From: Meyerozyma guilliermondii
Lineage: Eukaryota
Length of the DNA: 64,000 bases
Direction of reading: 5' to 3'
NCBI GenBank assembly: GCA_051546255.1
Contig: CP128816.1
Span: 992,001-1,056,000 of the forward strand
Shown here in pieces: positions 52,156 to 62,339 of the stretch; position 1 is the stretch's first letter; every line of letters starts with the position of its first letter. Made by a program: the position numbers and the translations under genes. The notes under the pieces were generated by a model, which had not been told where the DNA came from, did not search any database, and saw nothing but the letters and a program-made list of their open reading frames with translations.

Positions 52156-53982
52156 ATGCTAAAAAGTGAATCAATCGACTTCCATTCACACTTGCCTCCA
52201 TATAGATCGCTCTTGTCCCCTAATGCCCGCTATGATTACAAAACGCATTCGCTTATCCCCATTTCCGAAACTGAGCTTAATGCAATCCACATCGGTAGGG
52301 GCAATAGCGTGAAGGCAACAAGCAAGATCAAGATGAAGTACAAGTCTCTATTGAGTGACGTTAGCCGGAAAACTTCTATCTTGTCTATGCGTATTGGAAG
52401 TACCTCAACTATCCCCAGATCACTTCCTCCCTGTACTTTCTCGTCATTACCAGTGGAGGTGATTGACCGCATATTGCTGCTACTAGACTTTGACGATCAT
52501 AAGTCTTGTATGCTTGTCAACAAGCAGCTATACCGCTTGACTAAGCCACATCTTTATCGGCGTATCAGATTTACATCCCCTTATCGGTTAGCTCAATTTG
52601 TGACCTATTTGAGATATAATCCTCAAGTAGGTACTTACGTTCAGGGAATAGACTTATCGGGTCTCAAACCTGGAGTTGGTGACAGCAATACCGAAGACGT
52701 GTTTGCATTTTTTGATCTCAGTGATCATGAAATAACTGCTGCAGAAGTTCTTGCAGGTTGGAGAGACTGGAAATTTCTCAAGAACCCACTCTATTCTCTT
52801 CATTCGCATTCAAACCTCTGGAAGGTGTCATCTAATTCGGTTCTTCTGAATTCGACCAAAACAGTTAACTCCCGAAGAACATCTTCATCTTCCTCCAGCA
52901 ACCCCGGCAAATTCCGCAAGCTTTCACACAGCTTGAAATACTTCAAACCCAAGAAGAGCTCTGAGTCCAGCACGAGAAAGAGAAAAATTCCTCCTGTGAG
53001 CGAAGTGTTGGAGTTAAAGGGTCAAGGTAGTCATCGCCAACAGCATCCCAGAATTAACAAGTTTCTCCTAGAGTATGCCACACTGCGAGACATCCCCGTG
53101 GGGTATATTTTACACATTGTTAACTTGTGTCCTAATTTGATATCACTCAATTTGGCCAACATTTCATTATCGGCTGATTATGAGATTACATCGCCCATGG
53201 TATATAAATACCGCACAGTTGATTTGATGAGTAATTATCCCAAAGATTTATTGTCAAGGGTTAACGACTTGATGACGATGCCAGAAACCATTCTCGCTAA
53301 GTTTGATTCTGAAAGGCCAAGTGACCCTGAATCAACATTCTCACTCTTTTCCAGTGCGTCTGGCGCTGCAAACATCGTGAAGGGTCCTATGGACCTCGTA
53401 AGCCATACATTGACATCGCCACCGAACAGGAAATACAACAGCCTTCTTCCACCTTTGCCACAAAATATCTTTGATGTGTCATATGTCAAGAGTGGAGACG
53501 GGAAAGTGTTTTTGAGCGACCTAAATCTCAAATCAATCAACAGCAACTACCTAACTCGAATTAATGAGCAGGAGATTCTACTGGCAATATCCTCCCGGTA
53601 TGCAACTAATTGCCACAGAAAGAGTTGTCGCCAATATCTAAACATATCGTCCATGGTATGGCTTGATCTCGCAAAGGTTCGAGGGTTCTTGATTGCCCTT
53701 CTAGGATCTGAAGTAGAATTGCTCAAGTCAAGTTGTGAGGACTCAGAAAATCATATACTGGGATCTAAAAAGGAACGCTATAAGCGGAATTTAGTGATTG
53801 ATTTATCGAACTCTGGCATGTATAAGGTACTACACTGGGCAAAAGTAATAGATTTTTCTGAGCCTAGTGGAGTAAACCTTGCCAAGAAAATTGTCAAGGG
53901 CGAGTCGCTTGATAGTCTCGAGGAGTACATTGAGAGAGATAGGATAAGGAGAGGTAGGATAGCAGAGAACTACTTAGTATGA
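52156..53982 (+). CDS. COS111: F-box protein Cos111
   Basis: HLPPYRSLL.PNARYDY.THSLIP, F-box LPVEVIDRIL, FTSPYRLAQFVTYL, AGWRDWK and YLSD-like FLSDLNL. Confidence 0.88.
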   Translation: MLKSESIDFHSHLPPYRSLLSPNARYDYKTHSLIPISETELNAIHIGRGNSVKATSKIKMKYKSLLSDVSRKTSILSMRIGSTSTIPRSLPPCTFSSLPVEVIDRILLLLDFDDHKSCMLVNKQLYRLTKPHLYRRIRFTSPYRLAQFVTYLRYNPQVGTYVQGIDLSGLKPGVGDSNTEDVFAFFDLSDHEITAAEVLAGWRDWKFLKNPLYSLHSHSNLWKVSSNSVLLNSTKTVNSRRTSSSSSSNPGKFRKLSHSLKYFKPKKSSESSTRKRKIPPVSEVLELKGQGSHRQQHPRINKFLLEYATLRDIPVGYILHIVNLCPNLISLNLANISLSADYEITSPMVYKYRTVDLMSNYPKDLLSRVNDLMTMPETILAKFDSERPSDPESTFSLFSSASGAANIVKGPMDLVSHTLTSPPNRKYNSLLPPLPQNIFDVSYVKSGDGKVFLSDLNLKSINSNYLTRINEQEILLAISSRYATNCHRKSCRQYLNISSMVWLDLAKVRGFLIALLGSEVELLKSSCEDSENHILGSKKERYKRNLVIDLSNSGMYKVLHWAKVIDFSEPSGVNLAKKIVKGESLDSLEEYIERDRIRRGRIAENYLV

Positions 53983-54268
53983 ATATTATGAATGTACCAG
54001 ACTTCAGGTCATCACCATTTCATGGGTCAGCCTGACCTACAAGTAGCGGCGACCTCCAACAGCGATGGTTTTAAAGCTGGGTAATATTAATATGACGCAG
54101 TGTGAACGTAGCATGAATTCAGGCTCTGAATGTTAATGCCTATTTGCATCCATGGACGTTCACCAGCGATTGTAAAGAAGAAATTTCCCATCTCACCTCT
54201 CAATAGTCTGCGTGCGGGTAACACTTTTTGGTGCCTTTGAGGAAATTTGTAGCGTCATCTGCTGTAGC

Positions 54269-55078
54269 ATGTCTGAGTTATCGGCACAGCTTTCAGCTTT
54301 CAAAAACAAGATCAGAAGCGGGCCTTCTGTTCCTGTTGCTAGAAGGACTGTGCCTCAGAAACCAGCACCGGCTGACAACTCAAATTCCGTAAAGAGGGTC
54401 GCTGATCCTTATGATGAAGCGGCAAAGAGGCAACGGACTACGGGACCTGCAGGTTCAAGATGGTCTACACAACTACATCTTGCAGTAGAATACATCAAGG
54501 AACAGAATGCGCCTGTGCCCGTACCTAAACTTCAAAGCTACTTGTCATTTGACATTACACCGACTCTTCTACCTCTCCTTAAAGAAGTCAATCGAATTAA
54601 ATATAATCCAAACAACAATACCTTGGAATACACTTCGCTTCATAATATAAACACTCCAGAGGCACTTCTTGAATTCTTAAGGACCCAGCCAACTTTTAAG
54701 GGTACTCCGGTGAAAGATTTGAAAGATGGATGGCCCGGATACCTACAGGCTATTTTGGACCTCGAGGAAGAGGGGAAAGTCATAGTCTTACGCACGAAAA
54801 AAGAAAATATGCCACGGCTCGTCTGGGCAAATTTGGGTGGAATCATAGGGGCCATAGACGAAGACTTTAAAGAACGTTGGGGAAAGATCAAGTTACCTCA
54901 TCCGGATGATATGTATCAGTCCTTGATCGATCAAAGTATCAAGCCTACTGGTGCCGATCCTCTGCTGCTCAACAAGAAACCACAGCAGCAAGAGAAGAAA
55001 AAGAAAAAGACTAGAAAGGGTAAGATTACTAACACCCATATGAAGGGCAAGTTAAAGGATTACTCTCAAATGGTTTAG
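54269..55078 (+). CDS. TFA2: Transcription initiation factor TFIIE small (beta) subunit
   Basis: STQLHLAVEYIK, TFKG.PVKDLKDGW and KITNTHMKG.LKDY. Confidence 0.95.
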   Translation: MSELSAQLSAFKNKIRSGPSVPVARRTVPQKPAPADNSNSVKRVADPYDEAAKRQRTTGPAGSRWSTQLHLAVEYIKEQNAPVPVPKLQSYLSFDITPTLLPLLKEVNRIKYNPNNNTLEYTSLHNINTPEALLEFLRTQPTFKGTPVKDLKDGWPGYLQAILDLEEEGKVIVLRTKKENMPRLVWANLGGIIGAIDEDFKERWGKIKLPHPDDMYQSLIDQSIKPTGADPLLLNKKPQQQEKKKKKTRKGKITNTHMKGKLKDYSQMV

Positions 55079-55176
55079 ACTGCATTTATAGAATACATTG
55101 CGCGTAAATTTGAGTACACCACACTCTCGCCTCTGCGAGCACGATATTAGATTCACGAAGGAACGAATACTACACG

Positions 55177-55708
55177 ATGTCTGGTATGTACTTTGATAAA
55201 TCAATGGCATTTCATGTCCCGTTGTAGACGTGCTTCTTTTCCTAGATGAATCGTTTATGAACAGAGCATTATTTACCATTATGAATACGCCTAAATGAAT
55301 GGTGATTCTTGAAAGGAACAAAAATCATTGCTAACAACAGTGGACTTTAACACCGTTGCAACTGAATTCTGTAACTTTTACTACCAACAGTTCGATTCTG
55401 ACAGAACTCAATTGGGAAACTTGTACAGGGAACAATCTATGTTGACGTTCGAGACCTCGCAATTACAAGGAGCGAAGGATATCGTTGAAAAGTTGGTTTC
55501 TTTACCTTTCCAAAAAGTGGCGCACAGAATTTCAACATTGGATGCCCAACCAGCTTCCCCAAGCGGTGACATTTTGGTTATGGTCACTGGTGAGTTATTG
55601 ATTGATGAAGAGCAAAATGCTCAGAGATACTCCCAAGTATTCCATTTGATCCCAGATGGCAACTCATACTACGTTTTCAATGATATCTTCAGATTAAATT
55701 ATTCTTGA
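55177..55708 (+). CDS. NTF2: Nuclear transport factor 2; exons 55177-55183 and 55341-55708
   Basis: Spliced product [24 protein letters not shown]...[13 protein letters not shown]. Confidence 0.95.
55184..55340 (+). other. 157-nt spliceosomal intron in NTF2
   Basis: ATGTCTG|GTATGT ... TGCTAAC AACAG|TGGAC; phase 1. Confidence 0.9.
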
Positions 55709-55836
55709 GCTAAACGTTGAGCTGCATTTTTCCTTTCACGTATAGATAATGGGTTTCGTCCCAGTCATGGTATTTTAGTAATTATGCAGGAATAAATATC
55801 GTCTATCTGCTTTGACGTGGGAAAGTCTTTCCAGCA

Positions 55837-57339
55837 ATGAATACTCAAACGCCCGAAATTCCCCAACGACCAAACAAACAATCAACTGAAACTGCTGATG
55901 CAGAGCTGACTCCATTGGTTATCTTCGAGGATTCCAACTCGATCCAGGAAGATGAACAAAGTAAATCCCTCCCCGTGTTGTCAGCTGCAGAACTTCCGAC
56001 TATTCCACCCAGACCCTCTATTTCCAAACGACCTTCGAAGACCAAATCGCAAACAAGCCTGCCACTGATGGAGAGACTACCATCAATTCCAAAACGGCCG
56101 ACCTCCAAGAAGCATCCGTCACAATCCATAGACGAGACGAGTATGAACGAGCCAGAGCTAAATAAGACCGTTGATCTTAATTCACATAATTCTGGCTTCG
56201 ATTTACCACTCTTTGTGAACAGTGACTTAAAACCTTCCGATGAACTACTCATTTCAGAGCTAAATGATTCGGACGGAGAGGATATCAACAAGACTCCATC
56301 TAATAGCCGTACTAAGGTGAGTCTCAAAGATGATCTGGATAATTTTGGTAGTGGTGCAAGTGACACCGATTCTCTGGTTTTCAATGACGATGCGGAGACA
56401 ATGCTTCAAGAAGTCGAGGATTCTGGTACGTCAACGCAGGTTTTGGAGAGTACGATCAAAGAGCAGCCCTCTTCTCTGACCTCTGGGGTAATGAATAATG
56501 ACGAGGATGAACAGGAACCAGCCATAGTACGAGATACCAATCCCGGACTAACGAGTACCAGCGGAGCAAAGAGCTCGGTCATTCTGGAGACTAAGGTAGA
56601 TCCTGTGTTGAGTGATCTCGACCATCAAATCAATAAAAAGGAAGAAGAAAAAGAAGACGAAGAAGAAGAAGGAGAAGTGAAGTTACAAACTAAAGGCAGC
56701 AAGTCCGAGCAGAGCATGCTTAAAGAAGAGTCAGGGCATATAACGCACGTAAAACCTACGATACCAAAGCGGCCATCTAGACCCCTGAGTGAAGGACAGG
56801 CGGATGAACCGAATAAGTCAGGTCACAAACCCTTGCGTGATGAAACGAAGAAACCCCCACCAAGGCCCAAGCCTCTCTCATCAAAAATAGCTGCTTTTCA
56901 GACTATGTTCGAGAGCGGAGACCTGTCACTCCTGGGCACGAAGGCAATCCCACCTCGCCCTGTAAGGAAATCTGTGGTGACAGATCCCAACCACTCCGAA
57001 GAACCAGTTGACTCTAATCAAAATCGAGCAAAGCTATCTGAGAAGCATAAAGCTTTCGCTCAAAATTTGAAAGGAATGGTTGGCCACGGTATCCCATTAC
57101 CAGGATTAGCTACGCCTCTGGCTCTTGCTGCTGCATCAAAAGAGAAGAATGAAGATAACAGCGATCCACCTACGAAAGAGTTGGAACCATTGGCACGTCC
57201 TGGAAAGGGAGCCAGAAATAGAATATCAAAAAGCAGAAAACTACCTGCTAATTTGAAATCCGCTGCGCTTGTCGAACCAGACGAAAGTAACACACTCTCC
57301 ATTCTGAATCCCTGGGTGATTGATTTAGCCCTGCATTGA
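55837..57339 (+). CDS. AIM21: Aim21 actin-regulating Pro-rich protein
   Basis: Repeated PxIPxRP motifs, KPPPRPKPLSSKIAAFQTMF, FAQNLKGM..GIPLPG and RKLP. Confidence 0.8.
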   Translation: MNTQTPEIPQRPNKQSTETADAELTPLVIFEDSNSIQEDEQSKSLPVLSAAELPTIPPRPSISKRPSKTKSQTSLPLMERLPSIPKRPTSKKHPSQSIDETSMNEPELNKTVDLNSHNSGFDLPLFVNSDLKPSDELLISELNDSDGEDINKTPSNSRTKVSLKDDLDNFGSGASDTDSLVFNDDAETMLQEVEDSGTSTQVLESTIKEQPSSLTSGVMNNDEDEQEPAIVRDTNPGLTSTSGAKSSVILETKVDPVLSDLDHQINKKEEEKEDEEEEGEVKLQTKGSKSEQSMLKEESGHITHVKPTIPKRPSRPLSEGQADEPNKSGHKPLRDETKKPPPRPKPLSSKIAAFQTMFESGDLSLLGTKAIPPRPVRKSVVTDPNHSEEPVDSNQNRAKLSEKHKAFAQNLKGMVGHGIPLPGLATPLALAAASKEKNEDNSDPPTKELEPLARPGKGARNRISKSRKLPANLKSAALVEPDESNTLSILNPWVIDLALH

Positions 57340-57419
57340 GCCAAGAAGTTGGATACCATCACTCTACTGTTGTTGCAAATCTTATCTATATTTTCCATTG
57401 ATTTCAATATTTTACATAT

Positions 57420-57887
57420 TCACCGTCTCTTGATTCTACCTTCGGTATGGCGAGGAACATAATTAGTAGATGCAATGTCCCTCGGTTCTGGTACCTCCTC
57501 TCGTTCAGTGCTGGACGTAACTTCGACTTCGCAGCTTCGCTGAGGAATGGAATATTGCTCACTGAGCAATACTCGGTAGGAGTCGACCTGCTCGTCGATT
57601 TCCTTTTCATTAAGACCCGCATCCTCCAATTCTATTCGCCGCTCAGCGCACTTAACTTCGACCGCCCGTTTATTCTTATGGTCCTTAAGAGATTCCTTGG
57701 CCATCTGTTGACGGTATTTGCTGACATTGGTGGTTTCCTGTTCATGATTCTTTTTTCCATGTGCTCTAGAATGGCGGTCAGAATTTCTGTTTTTGACGGT
57801 TGAGTCCAGTGTAGAGAGGTTCTTTTCGACTCGTCCAGAGGTGGAAGAACCCTTGGCGCTCAGAAGTCCTATGCCGTTGTACAGCAT
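57420..57887 (-). CDS. CWC21: Splicing factor Cwc21
   Basis: M(S)YNGIGL(S)SAKGSSTSG and H..KRAVEVKCAE.R.ELED.G...EIDEQV..YR. Confidence 0.92.
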   Translation of the reverse strand: MLYNGIGLLSAKGSSTSGRVEKNLSTLDSTVKNRNSDRHSRAHGKKNHEQETTNVSKYRQQMAKESLKDHKNKRAVEVKCAERRIELEDAGLNEKEIDEQVDSYRVLLSEQYSIPQRSCEVEVTSSTEREEVPEPRDIASTNYVPRHTEGRIKRR

Positions 57888-57959
57888 ATCAAGGTCATCA
57901 AGTCGCGTTAATAAATATGCGTTCGCGAATCTTTTCGCATATTAGGTTTCACTCAATAA

Positions 57960-59678
57960 ATGGTTCTCCGATCAGGGAGATTTAAGCTTCGGGTCTTAGC
58001 CACGGCGGGCATAATAGCTCTAGTGATATTAACATTTCACAACATTGAAACCTTATCGCTGTATTCTCTGTCACAGTATGATTCTCTTAGGGCTGGGTGG
58101 AAAGACTACATGAGAATTGCCGATTCAATCGAGTCGCCTTTATCCACTGAAGACTTACGACTGAGGCACCTTTACTGGTCAAATGTGTTCCAGATATTCT
58201 CTCAAAACCAACCCAACATTACTGGATACGACAATGGGGAGATAGTCCGGTATATCGATAAATCACAACAAAAAGGTGGCCCTAACAGCAAAGACACGTT
58301 ATTATCTAAAGCCTTTGTGTCAGATGAAGTTATCGAAGAATTCAGAGGTAAGCATATGAGCTTGATCAAGGCTCTACCCCATAAGTCTTTTTCCAAGACG
58401 TATAAGAAAAACTCCAGAGGAATAGTAATGGTAGGCGGTGGAAGGTTTTCATGGCTATCATATCTCTCCATTCGTACCCTCAGAAACACGGGACTGAGCC
58501 TACCAGTTGAGGTCATGATACCAAAGTTCGAAGATTTTGAGAAGGAGATTGAATTTTGCTCCATAATTTTACCTAAAGTGAACGCTCGATGCTTGATCAT
58601 GCCTCAGATTCTTGGCCTATCAGTCATGAGGGACTGGTCTTCGAAGTTATCTTCATATCAACTAAAAGCCTTAGCTTTAATGACTTCTCTGTTCCAGCAC
58701 GTTTTGCTATTGGATTCAGATAATGTCGTGATCCTGGATCCAGATACGGTATTTGAAAGTGACTTATACAAGAAAAACGGAATGATTACTTGGCCCGACT
58801 ATTGGGAAAGAACGATATCCCCAGTATACTACAAAATATCAGGTATTAAGGTAGATGAGAGGCGCCGCGTGCGATATAATCGATTACCGCTTCGGGTTGA
58901 TCCAGGTGCCAACATTGGTGCAGATGAGGTTGAATCCGTGCCGTACCATGATCTTGATGGAGCTGTTCCTAATTTATCCACCGAGTCGGGACAAATGTTC
59001 GTAGATAAGGGCCTGCACGGCAAGACACTTCTCCTTTCCCTTTACTATAATGTTTTTGGTCCCAACCTTTACTATAAGTTGTTTTCGTTGGGTGAACAAG
59101 GTGAAGGCGACAAAGATACTTTTGTATCGGCTGCCACTGCGGTAGGAGAATCATACTATCAAGTGAAATCATTCATAAAGACGCTTGGTTATTTTGACTC
59201 GAACAACAAGTTCCAGGGGGTTGCCATGGGCCAGAAGAATCCAATATTAGATGCTGCATTATTTGATAAGTATTTCTCTATGAAGACTCCTTTGCCGAAA
59301 GAATTACCCAAACAAATTGAGCATATTGAGAAGCTAATCAAGTCCGATTTTGATGCTCACAATGAGATTCCGGTGATGTTCTTGCATTGTAATTACCCAA
59401 AGTGGGATCCCACAGATTTGCAAGAACGCGAAGAGATTTATGACAGCAAAGAAAACAAACTTAAATATCGACTTTACAATGACTACAAGTACGAGAAAGT
59501 CGTGTATTTGAATGGCATGAAGAGTATCACCGAAAAGGATTTTGAATTTGATCAGTGGCTGCTCGTTCAGCAGATTTTGTGCACTGAAAAGCTCTCTTTC
59601 ACGCATTTTCAAGATAAGGATATTGGATTGATTTGCAGATTCATCGGCAATCAAGTCAACTGGCTACGTAAAACATAG
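57960..59678 (+). CDS. Alpha-1,2-mannosyltransferase, MNN2 family (GT71; probably the MNN23 type)
   Basis: N-terminal TM, GIVMVGGG, LLLDSDN, TWPDYW, STESGQ, GEGDKDTF and FLHCNYPK. Confidence 0.9.
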   Translation: MVLRSGRFKLRVLATAGIIALVILTFHNIETLSLYSLSQYDSLRAGWKDYMRIADSIESPLSTEDLRLRHLYWSNVFQIFSQNQPNITGYDNGEIVRYIDKSQQKGGPNSKDTLLSKAFVSDEVIEEFRGKHMSLIKALPHKSFSKTYKKNSRGIVMVGGGRFSWLSYLSIRTLRNTGLSLPVEVMIPKFEDFEKEIEFCSIILPKVNARCLIMPQILGLSVMRDWSSKLSSYQLKALALMTSLFQHVLLLDSDNVVILDPDTVFESDLYKKNGMITWPDYWERTISPVYYKISGIKVDERRRVRYNRLPLRVDPGANIGADEVESVPYHDLDGAVPNLSTESGQMFVDKGLHGKTLLLSLYYNVFGPNLYYKLFSLGEQGEGDKDTFVSAATAVGESYYQVKSFIKTLGYFDSNNKFQGVAMGQKNPILDAALFDKYFSMKTPLPKELPKQIEHIEKLIKSDFDAHNEIPVMFLHCNYPKWDPTDLQEREEIYDSKENKLKYRLYNDYKYEKVVYLNGMKSITEKDFEFDQWLLVQQILCTEKLSFTHFQDKDIGLICRFIGNQVNWLRKT

Positions 59679-62339
59679 AACTTTTTCAACAAATATTCGG
59701 AATGGGTATATAATACAAATGAAGCCTATGAAATAATACACAGCTATTAATTGAACCCTAGAGCGTATGGTTCTTCATCGAGTATTCTGTGATATAGATT
59801 CGAACGACATACTCGATGTACTAGAAATGTAAACTACAGAGGGTACAAAATCGAGCGGTAATTGTACTCCTATATGTTACTACCGAGCAGTCGCTTTCAT
59901 AAGCTCTGGTGGTTAACGCTCAACATTAAACCATACACTTCGGAGCCATAATAGCGAAAGCTTGCTCATAAAACTAGGTCATTTGCACCGCGGTAAGTAC
60001 ATCTGCAGAGCATGTAGCAAACTTCCCGAAGAGTGGTCGAGTAAATTTCGTCCGGGTCTTGAAAAAGGGAAATAATTGCATGAGTACACAGCTGGAGTCT
60101 AAGTCATCAATAGCAAATCACAGATAAGGGCGATCTCGGCGAAGATCTCGCGAGGATTATCAGATTTCAGACCAAATAGAAGAACTTTTTACCTCAAACC
60201 AAGGCTACGACATACCACATAGAGAAAAAATGATACGCAACTTTGCTTTAAGTTGTAATACTCCGATACTTTAGTAATAGACCAAACTCGTTACCAGCAT
60301 TAGAAACATGATGAAAATAATCGTTGAACGTCTGTGAAATATATCCATTGAGATTTCCCCTCATAAAGTTGAATATCAAGTCTGGCACAATACATTATCT
60401 CTAGCATCAACCATTTCAAACCAAGCCACCAGTAATTATATAGAGAACTGCAATCCATAGACAATAGATCAACTTTGTATGATGCATATGGATTTCGTTC
60501 CCCTAGCATGAAACTAGTAGCGTTTATAATACAAATGCTCTGAGTTTAATGGTACGTCTTAGAAATTTCATTCATCCTCGCTATATAACCTCAAGATGAC
60601 TTCTGTAATATTACACTCTCCATGGAATGTTAAGTTTCTCAAAAGCTATAGAAGTAATCTATAAAACAAGTTCGTATATAGGGCTTTTATATTACACGCT
60701 ATATTAAACGCTACACGAACGATTCCCAGAGTGACTTTCCATAATAAGTCTCGTTCCTAGCTGGTAGTATACTACTACCAACTTCAGTCACATAGCTTTC
60801 CAGACGGGATCAAAGTCACAAAACTTGAAAATTATGAGTAACACTGTTCTCCAGAGTGAGTCTTAGTTCCTGGCAAAGTAGATCGGTACTACCTAATCGA
60901 GATCGTATGTTACACTAATAAAAACCCAAGAACATGTATTTGAATCGATTAACATAATCGTAGCACTAAGTTAACGCATGTAAAATTGTTTCTTCTTTAC
61001 TCCAGTGTGAGCACATAACTTGTTATAAAACTTTTAACTAAACCAGTTATGTATAACACAGAAAAGTATATATAATAGTTCATACATACTTCTAATTCCT
61101 CGCGGGAGGATATAAGCTCATTGATGGTGGGAGTAGTCATATATATGGATAATATTATAAGGTCCTCGCTACGTCGAATGATATTTTTATCATTATATGA
61201 GACGTGTGAACTATCGTGCAATCTGCTACCGCGTATGTACATATATTCTGTCCTTGCGTCATCCCAACGGTAGAAGGTCATAAGGGGTTCATCTTTAGGC
61301 ATTGATTTGGTTTACATTCATCGCAATATTTTACCACTTCTGTTGCAAGTTCTAAAGAAACAATTGGTTACTGCTGACGAAATATGACTGAAAGTGTTCA
61401 ACAAGCTTCTTTCCATACCTATTGAGACCCAGCAGAGAGTTATCAAAATAATATGGAGAAAATTGAAAATGAATAGTATTCGGCCTCATTAGTATGATAT
61501 GTACAATTCATAACATTACACGGTTGTGGTCATGAACAATGTCCCAGCTTAGCTACTCTTGAAAACTTCAATTTATCATACCGTATCATCGAACATACGA
61601 TTTACCTCTGATCGTATATTTTTTTTAGTTGACCTAAGGCACAACCTTCTAGCAACGTTGACCATAATTGAATACAGTGCCCTTGAAACACACTCTAATA
61701 AAGCACCCCCTAATCATTTTGAGTGATCAAAATGCGAGGCTGATGTTTTGGGTTCGAAGTTTTGCTATCAAGCTACTTGAAAAGCTTAGTATGATTGGGG
61801 AGGTTTTCTCGTAAGCGTGCAATTCTCTCGGAATGAATGCGACGACTATACTCTCAACTTCAAGGCCATTTGTCTGAACAGAAAGGTCTATTCATGCTCA
61901 ACCTCGCATTCAAGTCTTAGCTCTATAAATTCTGCATTTGCCATCTTCTGGTATGCTTCGAGTTGCTTCTTTATATGTATTTGAAAGGCTGACTATCACC
62001 TACGTGGCATCCAATTCATGATCTAAAACGGGGATACTATTTGCAACCTGCTAGAGAAAAGGGCGGATTTATAGCAATACTTTGTTGTCTACGAATTTGT
62101 ATCCCGGAATTAATATATACAATGCTAGTAATTATCAAGCTCTGTAAGTATCGTCGATTTGGTGGCAATGCTGTGTATTGAGTATCGTCATTAACATGAT
62201 CTCTCGTTCTGTGTTTTGAAGAGCTCATGTGAAGTTACTTCAAAAACAAGGTTGTGCAGTTTGCTGTGAATAAGCATGTGGGAACATATAACGATGTAAC
62301 AATTATACTTCAAAAGTGTATTCGCTATACATACTTAGT
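59679..62339. other. 2.66-kb AT-rich gene-free interval between convergent genes (candidate centromere or ncRNA locus)
   Basis: Only short non-conserved ORFs. Spot-counted 60-nt lines give 20% (61021), 30% (60601) and 48% (60001) GC. The other convergent gaps in the window are 4-203 bp. Confidence 0.4.

Noticed and set aside
55184..55340. Intronic snoRNA in the NTF2 intron
   Set aside because: No RUGAUGA/CUGA box pair or convincing H/ACA structure seen.
60427..60436. CACCAGTA as a possible telomerase RNA template inside the gene-free gap
   Set aside because: Only a short match without the terminal redundancy expected of a template, and the species' telomere repeat is not established here.
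60997..61302. 101-aa minus-strand ORF in the gene-free gap
   Set aside because: AT-rich, atypical composition and no recognisable domain; length compatible with chance.
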